Shown here in pieces: positions 9,632-15,653 of a stretch of 21,583 nt of DNA (positions within the stretch are counted from its first letter, which is position 1; every line of letters begins with the position of its first letter). A program made the position numbers and the translations under genes. Origin of the DNA: Archangium sp. (lineage in GTDB: Bacteria; Myxococcota; Myxococcia; Myxococcales; Myxococcaceae); assembly GCA_031367385.1 (NCBI GenBank), contig JANLPS010000474.1:1-21583 (forward strand), written 5' to 3'. Below the pieces are notes generated by a model, which had not been told where the DNA came from, searched no databases, and saw only the letters and a list, made by a program, of their open reading frames with translations.

Positions 9632-9735
9632 GTGCACGCCGGGCGGCTCGCCCTGCGAGATATCTGCGATGACGGGGGGTGACGTCGGCCCGCGAGTGTG
9701 CGAATGCCCTGCCCTCTTCTTCTCAAAGGCAAGCG

Positions 9736-10803
9736 ATGCAACTCCGTGCCGTGACCCTGATCAGCGCCTTGTCGTTCTACGCGTGCGACGTCTCTCCGTC
9801 GCCGACCACTGACCTTCCGGCCGCTTCGGAGCGCGCCGTCATCGCCGGGTTCGATGCCAAGTCGCCCTCGCTCAACGCGGTCGGTACCGTCGGCCGGTAT
9901 GACGCCGACCTCGGCATCTACTCGTACTGGTGCACCGCCACCCTGATCACACCGACGCTGGTGCTGACCGCCAAGCACTGCGCGATGTCGACCACCCTCG
10001 CGACCTTTGGCGAGAAGCTGACGAGCCTGATGCCCGTGCACTTCGCCGTCGGCCCAGACTCGGCCCACCCGACCAAGCTCTACGAGATTATCGCCGCCGA
10101 GCTCTCACCGGTGAACGAGGGCGGCTTCATCAAGCTGGGCAACGACGTCGCGGTGCTCACATTGAAAGAGGCCGTTGAAGGCGTGACGCCGATCGCAGTG
10201 GCCCAGAGGGCGTTCGCGGCGAGTGACGTGGGTCGCTCCTTCGTCTCGGTCGGCTTCGGCTCGAAGAACCTCGAAGAAGCGGCGTACCAGGGGTACTCGG
10301 GCAAACGCTTCGCCGGCGGGCTCACCATTCATGCCATCGAGGGCCAGTCGTACGCGGCCCTCTTCGGCACGTGGGCCAGCTACTACGGCTTCATGGTCTG
10401 GCTCTACGGCCAGGACACCGTCGACATCGCGATCGAGATCATCACCGGCTGGTGGAACAACGTGGTGATTCTGCCCGACTACGAGCTTCACGCGGGCGGG
10501 CAACCCGGCGATGCTCAGCTGTGCTTCGGTGACGATGGCGCTCCGCTCATCGGGCAAGAAGGTGGCACCCGCAAGCTCTACGGCGTCGCCTCGAACAGCT
10601 GGTTCTCACCCCGCGCCGTGTGCGATTCAGGCACGTTCTTCGCGACCATCGGCCCCAAGACGCGCGAGATGATCGACGCGGCGTCGCAGCCAGGCCTCGC
10701 ATCGCCGGCAGTGAACCCCACGGCCGCCACGCTCACCGCCGCTGACATTCGCAACCAGATCGAGGCGTACCGCGCCCAGCTCCAGCGGCACTCGATTCGA
10801 TAA
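9736..10803 (+). CDS. Trypsin-like (S1) serine protease homolog, probable lipoprotein, with catalytic Ser replaced by Asp
   Basis: WCTATLITPTLVLTAKHC (His motif) and NDVAVL (Asp motif) are present, but CFGDDGAPL replaces C-x-GDSGGPL. Signal MQLRAVTLISALSFYAC from the ATG at 9736. Confidence 0.88.
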   Translation: MQLRAVTLISALSFYACDVSPSPTTDLPAASERAVIAGFDAKSPSLNAVGTVGRYDADLGIYSYWCTATLITPTLVLTAKHCAMSTTLATFGEKLTSLMPVHFAVGPDSAHPTKLYEIIAAELSPVNEGGFIKLGNDVAVLTLKEAVEGVTPIAVAQRAFAASDVGRSFVSVGFGSKNLEEAAYQGYSGKRFAGGLTIHAIEGQSYAALFGTWASYYGFMVWLYGQDTVDIAIEIITGWWNNVVILPDYELHAGGQPGDAQLCFGDDGAPLIGQEGGTRKLYGVASNSWFSPRAVCDSGTFFATIGPKTREMIDAASQPGLASPAVNPTAATLTAADIRNQIEAYRAQLQRHSIR

Positions 10804-10827
10804 CCTCGCAGTGCTACGGCGGGCCCA

Positions 10828-12116
10828 ATGGCCAAACATGGGCACGCAGTCGTTCTCGGGAGCGGCATCGGGGGGCTGTGCCACGCAGCGGCGCTGGCCG
10901 CTGCGTTCGAGCGGGTCACCGTGCTCGAATCAGACGTCTTGTCGCTCACCGACCCAGCGCACCGGTCTGGGGTTGCGCAAGGTCAGCAGCTGCACGGCCT
11001 GCTCAAGCGCGGCTGGCTGATCTTCGAGCGCTTCTTGCCGGGCCTGACCGCCGAATTGATGAAGCGTGGCGCGGCCTGCGGTGAATTCGGGCCCGACATT
11101 CGCTGGTACATGAACGGCACCTGGTGGTCACCCGACGCGACCGGCTTTCACGGCCTCGGCGTCACCCGGTGACCGGCGTCGACTATGAGCTGCTCGAGAC
11201 CGCCACCAACCAGTCGATCGACGCCGAGCTGGTGGTCGACTGCACCGGTCGCACCTCGAAGGCACCCGCCTGGTTGACCGCGCTCGGGTACGAAGCGCCG
11301 CCCGCGCAAGAAGTCGACGTCGGCATCACCTACGTGACGCAGTTGGTGCGCCTGGCGCGCGACCCGGGGTTTCTGACGTGCTACCTGGCATCACAAGCGC
11401 CGCATCAAAAACGCTTCGGCATGGTGATGGGCGCGCAAGATGGCCTGTCGATTTTTCTGGTCGGGGCCTACCTCAACGAGCGCCCCCCAGTGACGGCCGA
11501 CGGCATGATCGACTTCGCACGAACGCTCAGTCAGCCGATTCTGGCCGACGCGGTGGCTGGAGCCGAGACCGTCGCAGCGCCGACGCCCTACCATTTCAAG
11601 AGCAACCTCCGCCGCGAGTACGGCGCCGCACCTCGCTGGCCCGAGCGCTTCGTGGTCTCGGGTGACGCGGCGTGCTCGTTCAACCCGATTTACGGCCAGG
11701 GCATGACCGCCGCGGCGCTGGGTGCCGAAATACTTCACGATCTCGTCGAAGATCGCGGCTCGCTCGACGGCGTGGCGAGGCGATTTCAGACGAAGCTCGA
11801 CCGAATGCTCGATCAACCGTGGATGGCGGCACTGGCGAGTGACCTTCAATTTCCAGAGGTCACGGGGCCCCGAAGCCCGGTTCTTTCATTCGCAGCGACC
11901 TACTCGAACCTGGTGCTGAGCGGCATGCACCGCAGCTCAGTGCAGCGGCGGTTTCTCCCGGTGTTGAACATGACCGCCGGGCCGCTGGCGCTGTTTCACC
12001 CGACGCTGATGGCCTCGGCGTTTCTCACCTCGCTGGGCGTGATCAAACCCAACCCAACCTACCCCGGGCCTCGTGATTCGAGCCGCAAGGTGCTGCCAGC
12101 GATGCTGGCCGGGTGA
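10828..12116 (+). pseudogene. FAD-dependent oxidoreductase/monooxygenase (LasC/MonCI-epoxidase-like family), split by an internal deletion and frameshift at ~11169
   Basis: Fragment 1 (10828-11172) has AVVLGSGIGGL (GxGxxG) and RSGVAQGQQLHGLL. Fragment 2 (11169-12116, -1 frame) has VTGV...LVVDCTGRTS and GDAACSFNPIYGQGMT. The segment normally lying between 'TR' and 'VTGV' is missing. Confidence 0.82.
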
Positions 12117-12138
12117 GTCGGGTCACGAGTCACCTGGC
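12108..12138. terminator. Hairpin spanning the stop codons of two convergent genes (possible bidirectional terminator/pause)
   Basis: GCCGGGTGAGTCG-GGTCA-CGAGTCACCTGGC forms a 13-bp stem with one mismatch and one G-U. There is no U-tract. Confidence 0.3.
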
Positions 12139-13230
12139 GTCGAGCTTGTAGACCTCTTTGCCGATCGCGTACGCGACGAACCCAGCGCCCTCACCTCGAA
12201 CGATTCGAACCTTGTTCACGTGGGTGCCGAATTTCACCGGGGCCCAGGTGAGCCCGCCGTCGGTGGTCTGAAACCCGCCGACCGCCGTGCCGACCCAGCC
12301 TGTCTGCGCAGTGGCGAAGCCAACGCCAAACTCCCGGGCGGCCGCGTCGCGCACCAAGGGCACTTCGACCCAGTGCTCGCCACCATCGACGGTCTTCGCG
12401 ACGACTTGCTCGGCGCGCCTCTCGTCGTAGTGCATCACCGTGGCAAACCCGACCTCAGCCGTGGGGAAAACCACCTTCCACACCAGCTCGAAGGGTCGCG
12501 TCGACTCGTAGACGCGCTGCCAGTGGGCTCCGCCGTCGACGGTCTTGAGAATGACGGCGTGCGACTGTTCGACGTCTGCGTTCGAGCCCCCGACGACGAA
12601 GCCCACCGAGGGTGAGAAGAACTTCACGTCGGTGATCATCGCCAGGTCGTGGTTGAGATCGATCGTCTGCCAGTTCTGCCCGCCGTCGAGCGAGCGAATG
12701 AGCCACGCGGGCCCCCCAACGCGCCCGGCGGCATGCACGAGGGTGCGCTCCTCGAGAACGCCGGAGTTGATCACCTTGACCTTCGCCACGTCGATGGCGC
12801 AGAGCCCTTTGACCGCGGGCCCGCCGGTATCGACGGGCGTCACGGTGCGGCCGCCATCGCGCGTTCGGTAGAGCGGCGTCGCGTCGGTGACCCCGGGGAA
12901 GTAATCGGTGCCGATGTTGCCGAGAAAGCCGTTCTGCTCGTCGACGAAGCCGACCGTTCGCCAGAAGGTGCCCGCCTGCTCGAGCACCTTCTCCCACTGG
13001 GCGCCCCCGGTGCTGGTGCGAAACACCTGGCCCGCGCCGTTCACGTACACGCCGTGCTCGGAGTCGACGAAGTGCAGGTCGTCTTGCTTGCCTTTGAAAG
13101 CAGGCGCGCTCGTCTGCACCCATGGCCCCAACGTGGCGGGCGTGACGACGGGCACCGAGGCGCAGCTGGCGACGAACAGACCAAAGAGAATAAAGGGGAC
13201 AGGCTGGTTTAAGTTCGCCGGGCTGGTCAT
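12130..13230 (-). CDS. Asp-box/BNR-repeat beta-propeller lipoprotein (YCF48/WD40-YVTN-BNR-like)
   Basis: Six Asp-box-type repeats (RTSTGGAQW, RTRDGGRT, RSLDGGQNW, KTVDGGAHW, KTVDGGEHW, TTDGGLTW), each preceded by FxxxxxG-aromatic strands. Lipobox FVASC. Confidence 0.9.
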   Translation of the reverse strand: MTSPANLNQPVPFILFGLFVASCASVPVVTPATLGPWVQTSAPAFKGKQDDLHFVDSEHGVYVNGAGQVFRTSTGGAQWEKVLEQAGTFWRTVGFVDEQNGFLGNIGTDYFPGVTDATPLYRTRDGGRTVTPVDTGGPAVKGLCAIDVAKVKVINSGVLEERTLVHAAGRVGGPAWLIRSLDGGQNWQTIDLNHDLAMITDVKFFSPSVGFVVGGSNADVEQSHAVILKTVDGGAHWQRVYESTRPFELVWKVVFPTAEVGFATVMHYDERRAEQVVAKTVDGGEHWVEVPLVRDAAAREFGVGFATAQTGWVGTAVGGFQTTDGGLTWAPVKFGTHVNKVRIVRGEGAGFVAYAIGKEVYKLDAR

Positions 13231-13268
13231 GACAGGCTGTGAACTTAAACCAGCCTGTCCCCTTTATT
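13189..13268. repeat. Perfect 28-bp inverted repeat with a 24-bp spacer (REP/MITE-like palindromic element)
   Basis: AATAAAGGGGACAGGCTGGTTTAAGTTC (13189-13216) and its exact reverse complement GAACTTAAACCAGCCTGTCCCCTTTATT (13241-13268). AT-richer than the surrounding DNA. Confidence 0.93.
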
Positions 13269-13350
13269 TCGCGAACTCCTCTAACACCTCGAAGACACAA
13301 TCCTTTTCTACTTCTTGCAACCACATGGGCCGCCAGGCTCCTATCAGCGC

Positions 13351-14631
13351 ATGAGACCCTTCTTCGCAGCCTCGTTGGCCACCGCCGTGATCGCGTGCGG
13401 TGCACCCTCAGATGTCATCATGGTGACCGACGGTGGCTCGGTCGTCGCGCGTGATGGCGGGGCGGTGGCGGCAGTCGATGCCGGCCGTGATGCAATCGTG
13501 TTGACCGGCACCCCGATTCTCGCCACCGCGCCCCTCGGCTCGAGCGAAGCGCTGCTCGGCACCACCGTCGACCTCAACTTCAATCAGGTCAACGCAGACG
13601 TGGTCTTTCACGCGCGAACCGATGGGTCCACCGTCGCCCACATCTCCTCGAGTGCGTTTCAATTCGGCTGGGTGCAGGCATTGACCAGCAAGGAGCTCGC
13701 CGCCAACGTGAAGGGCTGGGGCCTCACCTCGGCCGCGCTCGAAGCGTCGAACACCACCCGGTACATGAGCATGCGCGCCAACCAGGTCGACTACTTCGAA
13801 GAGGTCGACTTGACCCGCCCCGGCACCGCCGCCCCGAACAGCGCGGTCTATTTCGTCTCGAAGCTCTATTACGGGCACAGCTACGAGGCGCTCTTTCAAG
13901 CCGACCAGACCACCCTCACCGCCTCGGTCGCCGCCGACTTGAAGGCCTCCAGCGGCTCCATCAACGCCAAGGCCACGCAGTACAACCTGCAAGAATCGAA
14001 TGTCGGCCGCGGGTTGGCGCCGAAGAGCGGCGACGCGATCTTCGCCGCCAGCGCTGCCGATGTGATGAAGAATTACTCGGCCACCGCCGAAGCCGCGGTG
14101 CCGATCTTCATCGAGTACCGGTTGGTGCCTGGCGCGGTCGAGACTCCGGGCACGAGCATCGCGTGGGCCTCGAGCATCAAGCCGACGATTCACATCGACG
14201 AGGTCGACATCTTTCACAACGGCGCGTACCTCGACGCCAGCAACACCAAGTGGGCGATCTCCGTGACCTGCAAGCTCAACGGGGCCACTGCGGTGCTCAA
14301 TGACGCCGTGTGGTCGCAGAGCTCGGTGACCGCGGGAGGCTCCACCGTCACCACCGCGGCCAACACCCCTCAAGACCCCAACACCGCGAACCCCACCTCG
14401 ACCTACGGCCGGTATGCGGGGCTGACCTGGTCGCGCACCGTGCCCGCCGCGGCCGGCAACGTCTTGGAGTGCGCCCTCGGTGGCCAGCGCCTCGACACCA
14501 GCACTCCGGTCGACCTGCCCCCGGTGGCGATCTCGGTCACCATCGACTCGGTCGCAACCAGCGGCTTCGCCGGCAATTACGACACCGGCAACCGGCTCGA
14601 CTACCTCGTTCACTACTCGGTCACCTACTAA
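13351..14631 (+). CDS. Lipoprotein with a candidate MACPF/CDC-like core and a C-terminal beta-sandwich
   Basis: 426 aa. Signal MRPFFAASLATAVIAC and a DGG/DAG linker. Motifs LLGTTVD, NQVDYFEEVD, AVYFVSKLYYGHS and AVPIFIEYRLV resemble conserved MACPF/CDC core strands. The CDS is high confidence; the fold call is moderate. Confidence 0.7.
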   Translation: MRPFFAASLATAVIACGAPSDVIMVTDGGSVVARDGGAVAAVDAGRDAIVLTGTPILATAPLGSSEALLGTTVDLNFNQVNADVVFHARTDGSTVAHISSSAFQFGWVQALTSKELAANVKGWGLTSAALEASNTTRYMSMRANQVDYFEEVDLTRPGTAAPNSAVYFVSKLYYGHSYEALFQADQTTLTASVAADLKASSGSINAKATQYNLQESNVGRGLAPKSGDAIFAASAADVMKNYSATAEAAVPIFIEYRLVPGAVETPGTSIAWASSIKPTIHIDEVDIFHNGAYLDASNTKWAISVTCKLNGATAVLNDAVWSQSSVTAGGSTVTTAANTPQDPNTANPTSTYGRYAGLTWSRTVPAAAGNVLECALGGQRLDTSTPVDLPPVAISVTIDSVATSGFAGNYDTGNRLDYLVHYSVTY

Positions 14632-14658
14632 CGCTTCGGCACACAAGAGAGACACCCC

Positions 14659-15267
14659 ATGGTTGATGCACTGAATACATCGGTCGCAAAGGGCGGCTAC
14701 GTCGCACCTGAAGAGCGCAACTACCTCGCCTCGATGCGCAACGAGATCGACAAGACCCTCGGGGCCGGCGCCTCGAAGGGCCCGCTCACCAATGATCAGC
14801 TGCTCGAGCTGACGCGAAACCCGGTGATCGCGAAAGACATGAAGCGGTTCGTCAATGAGATCGTCTTGGGTGACGCGGGTATTCAGGTCAAGGTCAACCC
14901 GAACGAGATCTTCTCATTCGACAAGGCGATGTGCGCGGTCGCGCGGCGCCTCGCTGACCAGGGTGGTGCCAAAGAGCTCGCCGACCTGTCGAGTGCGCTC
15001 GGCGTGCCCGAGAACGCGGTGCACGACAACATGCGCAACGCCTTCGATCAGGCCGCCGCCGAGAAGCTGGTTCGGGCCGAAGTGACCGCGGGGGTCACGC
15101 CCAACAGGCTGCGCTCCAATGGGGCGATGCTCTACGAGAAGCTCTGGGGCCAGACCCACACCGGGTGGGACCAAAACGACTTCGCTTCGAAGCTGCGGCC
15201 GGGAGATCAGCAGGCGATGCAGAAGGCCGTTGATCAGGCGATTGAAAAACTGACGCAGGGTCTGTGA
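14659..15267 (+). CDS. Hypothetical helical protein with no signal peptide (202 aa)
   Basis: ATG 27 nt after the upstream stop. Normal protein composition and GC-rich third codon positions. No family recognised. Confidence 0.8.
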   Translation: MVDALNTSVAKGGYVAPEERNYLASMRNEIDKTLGAGASKGPLTNDQLLELTRNPVIAKDMKRFVNEIVLGDAGIQVKVNPNEIFSFDKAMCAVARRLADQGGAKELADLSSALGVPENAVHDNMRNAFDQAAAEKLVRAEVTAGVTPNRLRSNGAMLYEKLWGQTHTGWDQNDFASKLRPGDQQAMQKAVDQAIEKLTQGL

Positions 15268-15644
15268 TGCAGGCCGCCGAGCAAACGCAGAAGCTGCTCA
15301 ACCTCGTCGAGCAGCGCGATCGCGCCGGCCACCCGACCTACTCCGACGCAGAGGTGCGGCACCTGCTGCCGTTGTTGATTCTCACGTCGGGGTTCAAGCC
15401 GCAGAACCTCCCCGGCCCCGCCCAAGAAGTTCTGGGTGTGTTCGTCGCCAAGGCGAAGCTCGACCTGGAGCTCCCGCCTGCTCAGCTGCGCAAGGCAATC
15501 AATGCCTACTACGTGAAGCACCCGCCGAACCCGAGCTTGATGCATGCGTTGTCGCAGTTTCTCAAGAACCCCGACGGGGCGATCAAGGCTGCAGCCTGGG
15601 CCGTCGCGCGCGTCTCGAGCGGCGGGTGGGGTCGCAAGCCCTAA
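15267..15644 (+). CDS. Hypothetical small protein (125 aa), translationally coupled to the upstream ORF
   Basis: TGATG stop/start overlap at 15265-15269. Ends 9 nt before the convergent kinase stop. Confidence 0.78.
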   Translation: MQAAEQTQKLLNLVEQRDRAGHPTYSDAEVRHLLPLLILTSGFKPQNLPGPAQEVLGVFVAKAKLDLELPPAQLRKAINAYYVKHPPNPSLMHALSQFLKNPDGAIKAAAWAVARVSSGGWGRKP

Positions 15645-15653
15645 AGCTTACCT

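Noticed and set aside
8843..9637. N-terminal 265-aa extension of the 2435-aa ORF in the track
   Set aside because: It is the antisense shadow of the START gene. The RBS and lipobox signal place the real start at 8842.
9685..9702. Possible sigma54 box upstream of the trypsin homolog (CGGCCCGCGAGTGTGC)
   Set aside because: The GG-to-GC spacing is 11 rather than the required 10.
11161..11173. Programmed ribosomal frameshift in the oxidoreductase
   Set aside because: There is no slippery heptamer, and coding sequence appears to be missing rather than merely shifted.
13189..13268. CRISPR repeat, IS ends or intrinsic terminator interpretation of the 28-bp repeat
   Set aside because: There are only two copies, in inverted orientation, with no cas or transposase gene in the window. 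It lies at the 5' ends of divergent genes rather than at a 3' end.
13408..14655. 415-aa minus-strand ORF and the many other long overlapping ORFs (e.g. 6378-7532, 12455-13405, 16707-17648, 19931-20788)
   Set aside because: These are antisense or off-frame shadows typical of high-GC coding DNA, with skewed (often Arg/Gly/Pro-rich) composition and no motifs or RBS, overlapping well-supported genes.
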